From: an uncultured Bacteroidales bacterium
Lineage (GTDB): Bacteria; Bacteroidota; Bacteroidia; Bacteroidales; VadinHA17
DNA length: 64,000 nucleotides
Reading direction: 5' to 3'
Assembly (NCBI GenBank): GCA_942492865.1
Contig: OW818650.1
Location: 1,520,057-1,584,056 of the forward strand
Position 1 is the first letter of the stretch, and each line of letters begins with the position of its first letter. Shown piece by piece: positions 1 through 9,995 of the stretch. The position numbers and the translations under genes are program-made. Below the pieces are notes generated by a model, which was given only the letters and a program-made list of their open reading frames with translations, was not told where the DNA came from and did not search any database.

Positions 1-2483
1 CCTTCTCCTGTTTCGGATGGTCTTTTCCTGCTTGAAAGATTTACTGATACACTATATGATCCACCTTCAGTTTCGCGAACTGTTTCAACATATATTATGT
101 CTAAAATCCCTTCAATTACTGCCAGTCCAAGATAATTTTCAGGCTTGTATTTCATTTCCTGTTCAAATGACAGGAAGACTGTCGCCTTCGGTATCGTGAG
201 GGGAAATGCTATCTTTTTGGTGATCTTACCCTCAGGCTGTTCTATTTTCCTGTCAATAAAATCTTCCTTACGTCCGGTTGAAGGAAGCGAACCTATATAT
301 TTTTCCACAACCGGGATCACTTTTTCCTGCTCAATATTTCCAACTATGAAAAAGTAAAACTCATCTGCATTCGCATACCTGTCGGCATGGATCTTTTTTA
401 TTTCATCAATAGCTACTCCTGAAATGGATTCCTTGTTTATCAGGGGGGTCCTTGGATTGTATCCGGTAGTTATCATCGAAATGCTGTCGCCTTTAATTTT
501 GTCAGGATCTTTATCCATGTTTGCATACTGTGCGGCAAATCGTCCAATGATAGCATTATGAGCCACGCTATCGAACCGCGGATTTGCAAAACGAAGATAA
601 AGGAGCTGCATCATCGTTTCGAAATCATCTGGGGTGGACGATCCCGCAATGCCTTCAGTTGTCTCGGTGAGAGAAAGGTTAACCGATGCTTTTTTCCCCG
701 AAAGCATTTTCTGAAGGGTGATATTATCATAATCTCCGGCACCATACATGGGGGTTACCGGTGAAAAGAGATAAGCAGGCATAACGAGATCCGTTTCAAG
801 CTTTGAAATTCCTCCGAAGCTGAATGCTGACAGCAGTACGTTATCCTTTTCATAATCGGCTTTCCTGTATATCACTTTTACATTATTTCCGAGAGTCCAT
901 TCGACGGCATTAAACTGTGGCAACTCTTTTTTACTGACAATTTTCGAACCTTTCAGTTCACCGCTTATCAACGATTCACCAAGTTCCGAATCTTCATAAG
1001 CTGGAAGCTCTGAATTTTTTACCCTGCCGATAATTTCCAGGGCTTTATCTTCCGTAAGGTGCGTTATCCCTTCTCCTTCAAGGCCCTGTACTACTATCGT
1101 CCTGTTTTCTTCACTCATAAGTTCTTTGAACTTTTCTGAGACTTCTTCAGTGGAAATACCTTCAATCACTTTTTTAAGGAATTCATAATCAAAATCTATT
1201 GAGGTCAGGGGTTCTCCATTAAGAAAAAATTCCTGGATACCGGCAACATACATATCATTATTGATCTTATCTTTTTGCTTCCAGGTGTTTTCATAATTTG
1301 AGAGCATTCTTGCCTTTGCACGTTCAAGCTCATTCTTGCTGAAGCCGAATCTCCTGGCACGCTCCGCCTCGGTATAGATGCCTTCAAGAGCAAGATCCTC
1401 CTCGTTCCTTCGTGCGTTTGCAGATATCGAAAAAGCATCGTAGCCTCTTGAATAATAGCCGCCGTAACTAACAGATCCTGAAATAAATGGTGCATTTCCC
1501 TGCTGCAGTAATTCATTGATCCTTGTATTGATCATAGAATTCATCAGATAAATGACATGGTTATTGCGGATATAACTTAAGTTTTTTTCAGCAGGTGGGA
1601 CAGATTTTCTCAGTGAAATAATATCAACTGAGGTTTCAGAGGCTTCTTTATCCGTGGCAAGAACAAAATAGGTCTCTTTGTGTGGAGGTACTGCCTCTAT
1701 GGTGCGAACGGGAGGATTTAATTCGGCCGGGATTTTTGAGAATAGTTCGGTTATTTTTGACTCAACTTCATCAACATTAATGTCGCCTACCACTGCAATG
1801 GCCTGTAGATCGGTCCTGTACCAGTCGTCGTAGAAACGCCTCAGTGTATTGTACTGGAAATTTTTAATAACATCTAGATCCCCAAGAATATTTCTCTCTG
1901 CATATTTTGAACCTTTTAAGACAACTGGTATAAACTGGAACAGCATGCGTCTCCATGCACTTAAACTGGTCCTGTATTCTTCTTCAATCACGCCTCTTTC
2001 AAGATCTATTTCTTTTTCATCAAGCTGAATAAAATCCGACCAGTCATGAAGTATCAGCAGGCAGGTATCTATAAGTCCCGGCGCTTCAACAGGCACATCT
2101 GAGAGATTGTAAACTGTTTCATCAAAAGAAGTGTATGCATTGATGTTCCTTCCGAATGCCACGCCATGTCTCTCGAGGCTGTGTATTAAAGAGTTTCCCG
2201 GAAAATGCCTGGTGCCATTGAAGGCCATGTGTTCAAGGAAGTGGGCAAGACCGTCCTGGTCATCGTCCTCGAGGATCGCTCCGACATTCTGTATTATATA
2301 AAAGCTTGCTCTTTTTTCAGGTTCCATGTTCCTCCTGATAAAATAAGTCAGTCCGTTGGAAAGCTTTCCCATCCTTATTTCAGGATCAATTGGCGCCTGG
2401 ATTTTCAGATCGTCCTGCGCATTTGTACGTAGTGCCGGAAGAAATGAAACAACAAAAATTATAAGATAACTAATTGCCTTCAT
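1..2483 (-). CDS. M16 family zinc protease (PqqL-like insulinase), 3' end runs off the window
   Basis: Not in the ORF track because it is open-ended. My minus-strand translation from ATG 2483 reads MKAISYLIIFVVSFLPALRTNAQDDLKIQAPIDPEIRMGKLSNGLTYFIRRN...GLAHFLEHMAFNGT (inverted zinc motif HxxEH), NAYTSFDETVY, IDLERGVIEEEYR. It has a signal peptide. The frame was spot-checked at 1201-1320 and is open there. Confidence 0.92.
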   Translation of the reverse strand, partial: MKAISYLIIFVVSFLPALRTNAQDDLKIQAPIDPEIRMGKLSNGLTYFIRRNMEPEKRASFYIIQNVGAILEDDDQDGLAHFLEHMAFNGTRHFPGNSLIHSLERHGVAFGRNINAYTSFDETVYNLSDVPVEAPGLIDTCLLILHDWSDFIQLDEKEIDLERGVIEEEYRTSLSAWRRMLFQFIPVVLKGSKYAERNILGDLDVIKNFQYNTLRRFYDDWYRTDLQAIAVVGDINVDEVESKITELFSKIPAELNPPVRTIEAVPPHKETYFVLATDKEASETSVDIISLRKSVPPAEKNLSYIRNNHVIYLMNSMINTRINELLQQGNAPFISGSVSYGGYYSRGYDAFSISANARRNEEDLALEGIYTEAERARRFGFSKNELERAKARMLSNYENTWKQKDKINNDMYVAGIQEFFLNGEPLTSIDFDYEFLKKVIEGISTEEVSEKFKELMSEENRTIVVQGLEGEGITHLTEDKALEIIGRVKNSELPAYEDSELGESLISGELKGSKIVSKKELPQFNAVEWTLGNNVKVIYRKADYEKDNVLLSAFSFGGISKLETDLVMPAYLFSPVTPMYGAGDYDNITLQKMLSGKKASVNLSLTETTEGIAGSSTPDDFETMMQLLYLRFANPRFDSVAHNAIIGRFAAQYANMDKDPDKIKGDSISMITTGYNPRTPLINKESISGVAIDEIKKIHADRYANADEFYFFIVGNIEQEKVIPVVEKYIGSLPSTGRKEDFIDRKIEQPEGKITKKIAFPLTIPKATVFLSFEQEMKYKPENYLGLAVIEGILDIIYVETVRETEGGSYSVSVNLSSRKRPSETGE

Positions 2484-2491
2484 TATTAATA

Positions 2492-3106
2492 TCAGAAAAG
2501 TCCGTGTAACTCTGCATTTATCTTGTCAATGACTTCACTCAGGTGATCACTGTTATTGGGGAAGTTGTAATGATCTGCCTCAATAATGAGCAATTTTCCG
2601 AGGTTATAGGTTTCAATCCAGGCTTCGTATCTCTCATTCAGTCTTTTAAGATAATCGATTCGGATAGAGCTTTCATATTCCCTTCCACGTTTCTGTATCT
2701 GGTTAACCAGTGTCGGAACGGAAGCCCTCAGGTAAAGCAAGAGATCGGGTGGTTGTACAAGTGAGCTCATCATCCTGAACAATGATGAATAATTCTCAAA
2801 GTCGCGTGTCGACATCAGGCCCATAGAGTGAAGGTTAGGCGCGAAAATATAGGCATCTTCATATATGGTGCGGTCCTGGATGATGGTTTCAGGTGATTTT
2901 TTTATTTCAATTATCTGGCTGAACCTGGAATTAAGAAAGAAGATCTGGAGATTAAAAGACCAGCGCTGCATATCCTCATAGAAATCGTTCAGGTAAGGAT
3001 TGTTCTCAATATCTTCATAGTGCGGTTTCCATCCGTAATGTTTTGCAAGGAGGCTGGTGAGCGTTGTTTTTCCCGATCCTATGTTTCCGGCAATTGCAAT
3101 ATGCAT
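2492..3106 (-). CDS. Deoxynucleoside kinase
   Basis: Walker A GNIGSGKTT, QDRTIYED motif, lid IQKRGREYE. Confidence 0.93.
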   Translation of the reverse strand: MHIAIAGNIGSGKTTLTSLLAKHYGWKPHYEDIENNPYLNDFYEDMQRWSFNLQIFFLNSRFSQIIEIKKSPETIIQDRTIYEDAYIFAPNLHSMGLMSTRDFENYSSLFRMMSSLVQPPDLLLYLRASVPTLVNQIQKRGREYESSIRIDYLKRLNERYEAWIETYNLGKLLIIEADHYNFPNNSDHLSEVIDKINAELHGLF

Positions 3107-3195
3107 AGTGTGTTAACTTTGGTTGATAAAAATACTAAAAGTTTAATTAAGGCTAAGAGCAGAAAAAAATAAAAGGTACAGCGATCAAATAATCC

Positions 3196-4731
3196 TCAGT
3201 TCTGCAATTCGGGTAATTTTATACCGGCAAACGGATAGAGTTCCTCGATAAATTCACGGTTATTTGACAATCGGGGTACTTTATTCTGCCCTCCAAGCTT
3301 GTTCTTTTGCCTGAGCCACGCATTGAAAGTTCCTTTGGGAACTGAGCGAACAACAGGTTTGGTAATGCTGATATCCTTGAATCTCTTTGCTTCATAATCG
3401 GAATTTACCGATTTCAGGAAATCATCAAGCTGCGTGGTAAACTTTTCAAGGCTTTCAGGTTCTGATTCAAACTCGATAAGCCATTCATGAGCGCCGCGTG
3501 AATTGTTATTCATGTAAATGGGGCCGGCAGTATATTCTGATATAACTGCTTGTGTAGCTTCACAGGCTTTATGAATGGCTTTGTCAGCATTGTCAATTAT
3601 TATCTCTTCACCAAAAGCATTTATAAAGTGCCTTGTTCTTCCGGATATCCTGAAACGATAAGGTTTAACAGAAGTGAATCTGATAGTATCACCAATCATG
3701 TATCTCCATAATCCACCGTTAGTAGAGATTACTATGGCATAATTTACTCCTGTTTCCACTTCTCCTATTGTGAAAGCAGCAGGGTTTGAAGCTCCCGCCT
3801 GATCGAGGGGAATGAATTCAAAGAAGATCCCATAATCGAGCATAAGAAGCATGTCGTCCCTTGCCGGGTCGTCCTGTATCCCGAAGAACCCTTCAGATGC
3901 ATTATAGGTTTCCATGTAACGCATCTGGGAACTGTTTATCAGGCTTCTGAACTGTTCACGGTAAGGTAAAAAGCTTATTCCTCCATGGAAAAAGACTTCA
4001 AGGTTCGGCCATACTTCAAGGAGGTTTGATTTTCCCGTGTATTTAAGGATATTTTTTAGCAGCACCAGGTTCCAGGAAGGAACTCCTGCAAAACTTGTGA
4101 CATTTTCGCTTACAGTTGACCTTGTTATTTTATCAAGTTTTTCCTCGAAATCTTCAATAAGGGCGATCTTCGGTTTTGGAATTCTTATAATTTCAACCCA
4201 GAAAGGAGCATTTTCGATTAAAATTGCTGAAAGATCACCATACAACGAATCATTGCTGAACTGATTTATTCTGTGGCTTCCTCCAAGTGTCAGGCTCTTT
4301 CCGCTGAATATCCTGGTCTGAGGGTTATTCGTCGCATAAATGGCAAGCAGATCTTTGGCACCACGGTAATGACATTCTTCGAGGGCCTCGCGGCTCATCG
4401 GAATGAATTTGCTCTTTGATGATGTTGTTCCTGAAGATTTGGCGAACCATTTTATCTCACCCGGCCAAAGAAGGTTTGTCTCTCCGTTACGCAATCTTTC
4501 GACATAAGGAACTATTTCTTCATATTGCTGGACCGGCATCCTTGACTGAAAATCTTTTATCGAAGAGACTGAGGAGTAGCGGTATTTTCTCCCCCATTCT
4601 GTATGGGACGCTTTTGCAAGAAGTTTATAGAGTGTTTCTTCCTGGGTTTCAACCGGAAATTTCTTAAACAGTTCAATCTGATTTAGTCTTTTAACATTCA
4701 GCCAATTTACGATAGAGGGTATTATGGACAT
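3196..4731 (-). CDS. GH3 auxin-responsive promoter family protein (acyl-adenylate/amido synthetase-like)
   Basis: SSGTT P-loop, YNASEGFFG, GLWRYMIGDT, GGQNKVPRL motifs typical of bacterial GH3. Confidence 0.9.
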   Translation of the reverse strand: MSIIPSIVNWLNVKRLNQIELFKKFPVETQEETLYKLLAKASHTEWGRKYRYSSVSSIKDFQSRMPVQQYEEIVPYVERLRNGETNLLWPGEIKWFAKSSGTTSSKSKFIPMSREALEECHYRGAKDLLAIYATNNPQTRIFSGKSLTLGGSHRINQFSNDSLYGDLSAILIENAPFWVEIIRIPKPKIALIEDFEEKLDKITRSTVSENVTSFAGVPSWNLVLLKNILKYTGKSNLLEVWPNLEVFFHGGISFLPYREQFRSLINSSQMRYMETYNASEGFFGIQDDPARDDMLLMLDYGIFFEFIPLDQAGASNPAAFTIGEVETGVNYAIVISTNGGLWRYMIGDTIRFTSVKPYRFRISGRTRHFINAFGEEIIIDNADKAIHKACEATQAVISEYTAGPIYMNNNSRGAHEWLIEFESEPESLEKFTTQLDDFLKSVNSDYEAKRFKDISITKPVVRSVPKGTFNAWLRQKNKLGGQNKVPRLSNNREFIEELYPFAGIKLPELQN

Positions 4732-4753
4732 CAGATTCAGACTTTATCTGGAG

Positions 4754-4761
4754 CAAAGATA
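4754..4761 (-). promoter_or_regulatory. Bacteroidetes sigmaA -7 element TATCTTTG upstream of the GH3 gene
   Basis: Matches TAnnTTTG, about 22 nt upstream of the ATG. Confidence 0.55.
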
Positions 4762-4791
4762 GATAAAAAATTCAGGGCCACTAAGTACAAT

Positions 4792-5517
4792 TTACCTGAA
4801 AACTTCTTTTAGGACCTCCAGTGATTTAAAATTTCTCAATCCGGGCAGGTGGATGGAATAGTATTTTAACAGTGTTTCCAGAATCTCGTTTCTTTCTGAC
4901 CCTGAAAGACTTATTATCTCTGTTTCATCAAATGAAGCTGCAAAGAATTCAGCAAGCTTTACCGAGATCTTTCTGTCAGCAAATTCCCCGTGAACTGGAG
5001 GCATCATTAAAAATATCCCGTTTTTCATATCGAAATACGGGTAAGAGGCACCGGCAGGAATTGTGGGTTCGAACCCCAGGAAACTGCTGAGCCCTGCAAG
5101 AAATGCAATATGGAAGTTTGCGAAGCCGGCCCTTTTCTTATCAAAATATATTATGGAATCTTCAATAAAATCGAAAAGTTCTGTGTTTGGAGTTTCTTCC
5201 TTTAATACTCCGTAAAGAAATTCTCCTAGGAATATTGCCACTGAGCTTTTCTTAATATCAGTATGAATGTCAGATGGGGCATACTCAACCGAAAATTCCT
5301 TAATCGTTTGCATGTTTCGCCCCTCCTTATGGTACATCTCCATGTTGAGTATGAACATTGGCTGAAAAAATACATTATGCTTACCTGATCTTTTATTTCT
5401 CATACCTTTAAGGAGGATGGTCTGCCGCCCGTATTCCCTTGTATAGAGATATACAATAATACCCGAATCAGAATACCTTATCTGATGTAGAACAATACCC
5501 CTCGTTTTGCCAAGCAT
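4792..5517 (-). CDS. recO: DNA repair protein RecO
   Basis: N-terminal OB fold (KTRGIVLHQIRYSDSGIIVYLYTREYG), C-terminal LLKYYSIHLP...SLEVL typical of Bacteroidetes RecO. Confidence 0.93.
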   Translation of the reverse strand: MLGKTRGIVLHQIRYSDSGIIVYLYTREYGRQTILLKGMRNKRSGKHNVFFQPMFILNMEMYHKEGRNMQTIKEFSVEYAPSDIHTDIKKSSVAIFLGEFLYGVLKEETPNTELFDFIEDSIIYFDKKRAGFANFHIAFLAGLSSFLGFEPTIPAGASYPYFDMKNGIFLMMPPVHGEFADRKISVKLAEFFAASFDETEIISLSGSERNEILETLLKYYSIHLPGLRNFKSLEVLKEVFR

Positions 5518-5571
5518 GGTTTCAGGTTTTTAATATCATAAAAATATTATATTTACGTAAATCAATTTCTA

Positions 5572-6954
5572 ATGGCACCGGCAAATAATGAGAAACTTGT
5601 AAAAACAATTGCCAGGCTGGCAAAGCAAAATAAGGAACTTGAAGAGAAGATAAAGATACTCAGTAAAGAGAATCAGAAACTTACGAGGGAGCATGAGAGG
5701 GTAAAAGCGCTTTATGATAAGATCTCTCCTGAAGATATCAAGGTACCTGACGAGGCCGGCAAAAAGGAGAAGTCTCTTAAATTCACGATGGCGACCGTCC
5801 TGTTCGCCGATATTCATGGTTTCTCAAAGATTGAGGATGACACCGATTCTTCGGCTCTGATGGATGAGCTCGATGTTATTATGTGGGAATTCAATTCCAT
5901 TGCAGAACATTATAAAATTGAAAAGATGAAAACAATTGGGGACACCTTCATGTGTGCAGGAGGGATACCCGTAAAGAATATTACCAATCCCATCGATGTT
6001 GTAATGGCTTCTCTGGAGATGATGAGGTGTCTGGAAAAGCATAACGGGCACGGAAGGTGGGAGCTTAAGATAGGTATTCACACCGGACCGGTGACAGCAA
6101 GCATTTCAGGAAAGAAAAAAACCAGCTATGACATTAAAGGCGATACAGTGAATACCGCCAGCCGCGTTGAAGCGGTTTCTGAGAAGAACTCGGTCCTGAT
6201 CTCGGTAATGACCTACGAGCTGGTAAAGGAATTTTTTGACTGCGAGTATTATGGTAAGCTTCCTGTAAAATACAAAGGCGATCTGCAGGTTTACAGAGTA
6301 CTTGGTCTTAAACCGGAGTTCTCTGATGACGGAATAACCCCAAATAAAAATTTCAGGATAAGGTTCGGGCTGATACAGTTTACTGACATACAGGAGGTGG
6401 TACTTGACAAGCTGGAAAGGGAGCTGCCCGATCAGTTATATTATCATAATGTGAAGCATACTGTTGATGTTGTAACTGAAGTGGAGCTTATTGGATGGGG
6501 AGAGGGCTGCACCGATGAAGAGATCCTTTATCTCAAGCTTGCAGGGTTATTTCACGATGCGGGCCATACTGTATCGTATGATGACCATGAATACCAGGGA
6601 ACACTCATTGCAGGGCAGATGCTTCCGGAATACAATTATTCTCCTGAACAGATTGAGAGGATTTGTTCGATCATAATGGCAACAAAGCTTCCGCCCAGGC
6701 CATCCAATCTTCTTGAAAGCATAATATGCGATTCTGATCTTGATTACCTTGGGAGAAGTGACTTTATCCCTGTTTCAAATAACCTTTATGAAGAGCTTAA
6801 GGCTAGGAATAAGATGAAATCCCTGAATGACTGGAATAAACTGCAGGTGAAATTCATTTCAGGTCACCAGTATTTTACCAACACCGCAAGAAGCCTCAGG
6901 GAAGTAAATAAGCAGCTTCAGATTGAGCGTATACAAAACCTGATAACCGATTGA
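5572..6954 (+). CDS. Soluble class III adenylate/guanylate cyclase with N-terminal coiled coil and C-terminal intact HD domain (cyclase A)
   Basis: Heptad-rich N-terminus. Cyclase motifs VLFADI, EKMKTIGD, YDIKGDTVNTASR. HD motifs YYHNVKH, LFHDAGH (HD at 6553-6558), DHE, ICDSDLDYLGR. No TM segment. Confidence 0.9.
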   Translation: MAPANNEKLVKTIARLAKQNKELEEKIKILSKENQKLTREHERVKALYDKISPEDIKVPDEAGKKEKSLKFTMATVLFADIHGFSKIEDDTDSSALMDELDVIMWEFNSIAEHYKIEKMKTIGDTFMCAGGIPVKNITNPIDVVMASLEMMRCLEKHNGHGRWELKIGIHTGPVTASISGKKKTSYDIKGDTVNTASRVEAVSEKNSVLISVMTYELVKEFFDCEYYGKLPVKYKGDLQVYRVLGLKPEFSDDGITPNKNFRIRFGLIQFTDIQEVVLDKLERELPDQLYYHNVKHTVDVVTEVELIGWGEGCTDEEILYLKLAGLFHDAGHTVSYDDHEYQGTLIAGQMLPEYNYSPEQIERICSIIMATKLPPRPSNLLESIICDSDLDYLGRSDFIPVSNNLYEELKARNKMKSLNDWNKLQVKFISGHQYFTNTARSLREVNKQLQIERIQNLITD

Positions 6955-6955
6955 T

Positions 6956-9238
6956 CTATTTAATAACAAGCATTTTGGTAACGATTGATTCCGTTCCGTC
7001 ATTACTTGCGCAGAAGATAAGATAGACCCCGGTTGCAACGCGTTTGCCGTTATAAGTTTTAAGGTCCCATGAAGCTTCTCCTCCTGTTGAAACGGTCTTA
7101 TAAACCAGATTCCCGCTTATATCGGTTATAGTTATGCTGGATTCTCTCATCAGGCCTGCTATTGTAACGTTTCCGGTAAAATCTTGTCTTACGGGATTAG
7201 GGAATGCATATACACCGGAAAACCGTTCTTTTCCTTCGGGTGCATCACCCCTGTATGATACAACTCCCTTTGTGGTTGCAAACCATACTATGCCTGTCTT
7301 GTTATCGGCTGCAAGCGATAGGATATCGTCCGAAAGGATAGGACTGTTCCTCTCATTGAAATGTCTCACTACGTTCACTCCGTCAGCCGAAAGCAGGTAT
7401 GCTCCGGAATTTTTTGTTCCAAGCCACTTCCTGTTCGCCCCGTCAACTGCAATGGAACGTATCGATTCAGTTGAAAGAACATAGTCAGCCAATCCCGATC
7501 CGTCATTTCTCGGAACCTTTATCCTTGAAGCCTTAAGGTCCTCATTAAAAACATTTTCGGAATTATAATATATGAGCGGTCCTTCATCGGTCCCGATCCA
7601 GATGTTTCCATCAAAATCCTCGGTTATCGTATGGGCCACCGGAATTATTTTGTTTTCCGTATCCCTGATGATCATCAGTTTTGACCTGTTGTTCCTGTCA
7701 TCAAGTACAAAGATGCCGGTTCCCCTTGGCAGCGTAATCCACTTATGCCCCAACCGGGTAATAATTAAGTCGCCGACAGTGGGAGATTCAATTGTAACTG
7801 GGTGAACAACCCATTCTGCCGTGAGACCGGGTTTCAGTACCTTGATGCTGCCCGGAACCTGTGTCTGTGTCATCCATAAATTTCCCGAAGGGTCGAAAGC
7901 CATTCCGCATATTCTTACATAATCCTGGTTTGGAATTATTGTCTGGAGAGGCGAATTTGTATAAGTATATCTTTTTTTAAGCTGGTTATTCTCATATTCG
8001 AGCAAACCTCCACCCCATGTCGCAACAAAAATGTGACCCGGATTCTTTGGATCAGCTATTGCCCTCATTGCATCGTGCAGTGTATCGGATGTGATAGCTG
8101 ACCAGTTATTGTTTTCATATACGGATACCTGTAATGGTTTTAATATCTGGGTCCAGCTGACATTTGCACCGCCGCCTGACAAAAGTACTTTACCATTATG
8201 GGCGTAAACATGGAAGATATCATTCGATATAGGGCCGGGAAGAGTAAGTGTGGTAAAATTGCCCGCGGCCTGGTATCTTATAAGCCCCGACTTGCTATCA
8301 GCAATCCATATTGTCCCGTTATCGGCAACTGCATTAGAGATAGCGGGTGTACCGGTCCCATAGCCGGCAATTGTTTCGAGCAACGCCCCCTGGTTGTTGT
8401 AATGCCTTACAGCTCCGGGGGAAGAGACAGTGAAGCCGTTGGATCCAATGTCAGGGTCGATGGAAACGTTCTTTAAACCCTGTGGATATGTGAATTGTGT
8501 TACATCAGGGTCCAGAACGAAAATTACATCGCCCGATGGTTCTGATCTGTTTGCATATATCCTGGAGCCGGCTGTCACTATTGATGTAAACCTGCCGCTA
8601 AGATTTACTTCAGTTGTCCAGCTTCCGTAATAGGAGAGTCCGGGATTTGAAATATCGGCTGTGTATATTCCTGTCTCGGTTGCAGCATATATCCGGTTAT
8701 TGAGAAAGGCAATGTCCCATGTTTCATTTTCCTGGATCCCGGGTCCTGGCTTCCATGTATCGCGGATCTCTTTCCTTGCTATATCGATAACCACTATTCC
8801 AAAGCTGCTCATCAGATAGGCATACTTTCCATAAGTCCTTATCCTGTTTATTATTTTGCGTCCGGGAATATATTTTCGGCTTATATCTGGAATATTAAAA
8901 AATGAATTTTCAATCAGGATATCAATATTGGTTGAAGTGTAAGCGATTATTAGAGCTTTATTCGCATCGGACCATGCAATGGTGCTGATACCTGTTTCGC
9001 TGAGGCCCGTGACTGGAGAGAGCTTTCTGAGTTCTGAAAATTCCTTGTTATATACCAGGATTGATGAACCAGTAGAGGCATAGACGTTTTCACCGGAAAC
9101 TGCAACATACTTTGCAGAGTTGTAAACAAGATGATCGGACCAGATTCCAACAGGGGTCTGCCCTTTTAAAAGCGGAAAGAGTGTTAGCAGAACTATTGTT
9201 AAATAATAATTTTTCATCAGGAGGATAACTGATCTCAC
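6956..9238 (-). CDS. porZ: PorZ-like beta-propeller protein with T9SS C-terminal sorting domain
   Basis: Signal peptide, GIWSDHLVY start, Reg_prop-like repeats (DGNIWIGTDEG, AVDGANRKWLGT), C-terminal VYAFPNPV...WD...G..VATGVYL CTD. Flanked by rdgB and recO. The symbol rests on resemblance. Confidence 0.78.
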   Translation of the reverse strand: MRSVILLMKNYYLTIVLLTLFPLLKGQTPVGIWSDHLVYNSAKYVAVSGENVYASTGSSILVYNKEFSELRKLSPVTGLSETGISTIAWSDANKALIIAYTSTNIDILIENSFFNIPDISRKYIPGRKIINRIRTYGKYAYLMSSFGIVVIDIARKEIRDTWKPGPGIQENETWDIAFLNNRIYAATETGIYTADISNPGLSYYGSWTTEVNLSGRFTSIVTAGSRIYANRSEPSGDVIFVLDPDVTQFTYPQGLKNVSIDPDIGSNGFTVSSPGAVRHYNNQGALLETIAGYGTGTPAISNAVADNGTIWIADSKSGLIRYQAAGNFTTLTLPGPISNDIFHVYAHNGKVLLSGGGANVSWTQILKPLQVSVYENNNWSAITSDTLHDAMRAIADPKNPGHIFVATWGGGLLEYENNQLKKRYTYTNSPLQTIIPNQDYVRICGMAFDPSGNLWMTQTQVPGSIKVLKPGLTAEWVVHPVTIESPTVGDLIITRLGHKWITLPRGTGIFVLDDRNNRSKLMIIRDTENKIIPVAHTITEDFDGNIWIGTDEGPLIYYNSENVFNEDLKASRIKVPRNDGSGLADYVLSTESIRSIAVDGANRKWLGTKNSGAYLLSADGVNVVRHFNERNSPILSDDILSLAADNKTGIVWFATTKGVVSYRGDAPEGKERFSGVYAFPNPVRQDFTGNVTIAGLMRESSITITDISGNLVYKTVSTGGEASWDLKTYNGKRVATGVYLIFCASNDGTESIVTKMLVIK

Positions 9239-9285
9239 GGGTAAATATACAGAATAACAGCGGGTGAAGAAGTTTTATTGTTGAG

Positions 9286-9864
9286 TCAGGCCTGTGATGA
9301 CAGAAACTCTCTTAATTTTTCGAAAGCCCGTGATCTGTGTGAAATGGTATTTTTTTCATCAAGGTCCATTTCGGCAAAAGTACGAGTCTGCCCCTCAGGG
9401 ACGAAAACCGCATCATATCCGAATCCATTACTGCCTTTCCTTTCAGCCGTGATCTCTCCCTTTACAATTCCTTCGAAAAGATATTCCCTGTCATTATAAA
9501 CAAGTGCTATCACGGTACGGAACCGTGCATTACGGTTTTTTATATTCTCAAGGAGGGAAAGAGCCTTCTCAATATTTGCATTTGAATCTTTGTTTTCGCC
9601 TGCAAAACGGGCCGATTTAACACCTGGTTTTCCTCCCAGAGCATCAATCTCCAGACCTGTGTCATCGGCAAAAACATTCATTCCGGTTATCCCGTGAATG
9701 AATTTTGCCTTAAACATGGCATTACCTTCAAGTGTAGGTTCATCTTCAGGAATATCTTCGGTGAAATTGATATTAGCAAGACTTACAAGGTCAAAGCTGC
9801 CTCCCAGAATATGCTTTATTTCTTTCAGCTTGTGATCGTTGTTGGTTGCAAAGATTATCTTCAT
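9286..9864 (-). CDS. rdgB: Non-canonical purine NTP pyrophosphatase (ITP/XTP/dITP)
   Basis: FATNNDHKL, DDTGLEIDALGGKPGVKSAR, GFGYD, SHR motifs. Confidence 0.96.
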   Translation of the reverse strand: MKIIFATNNDHKLKEIKHILGGSFDLVSLANINFTEDIPEDEPTLEGNAMFKAKFIHGITGMNVFADDTGLEIDALGGKPGVKSARFAGENKDSNANIEKALSLLENIKNRNARFRTVIALVYNDREYLFEGIVKGEITAERKGSNGFGYDAVFVPEGQTRTFAEMDLDEKNTISHRSRAFEKLREFLSSQA

Positions 9865-9965
9865 AAGATCTAAAGTATTTTAAAATAAATAGATATATTA
9901 AGCCTGGCTTATCGAAGCGGTCAAAAAAAATCTTTACAAAGGTTAGAAAAAGCAGGCATAATTGG

Positions 9966-9973
9966 TATTTTTG
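9966..9973 (+). promoter_or_regulatory. -7 element TATTTTTG upstream of cyclase B
   Basis: Matches TAnnTTTG, 22 nt before ATG 9996. Confidence 0.55.
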
Positions 9974-9995
9974 GATTAATTAAACAGGATATTTT

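Noticed and set aside
1205-1516. 103-aa minus-strand ORF suggesting a frameshift in the M16 gene
   Set aside because: It is an alternate-frame shadow. The M16 frame reads openly through 1201-1320 (AKARMLSNYENTWKQKDKINNDMYVAGIQEFFLNGEPLTS).
9286-9864. Functional link between RdgB (ITP removal) and the cyclases (cIMP control)
   Set aside because: rdgB next to porZ appears to be ancestral synteny; nothing beyond adjacency supports a link
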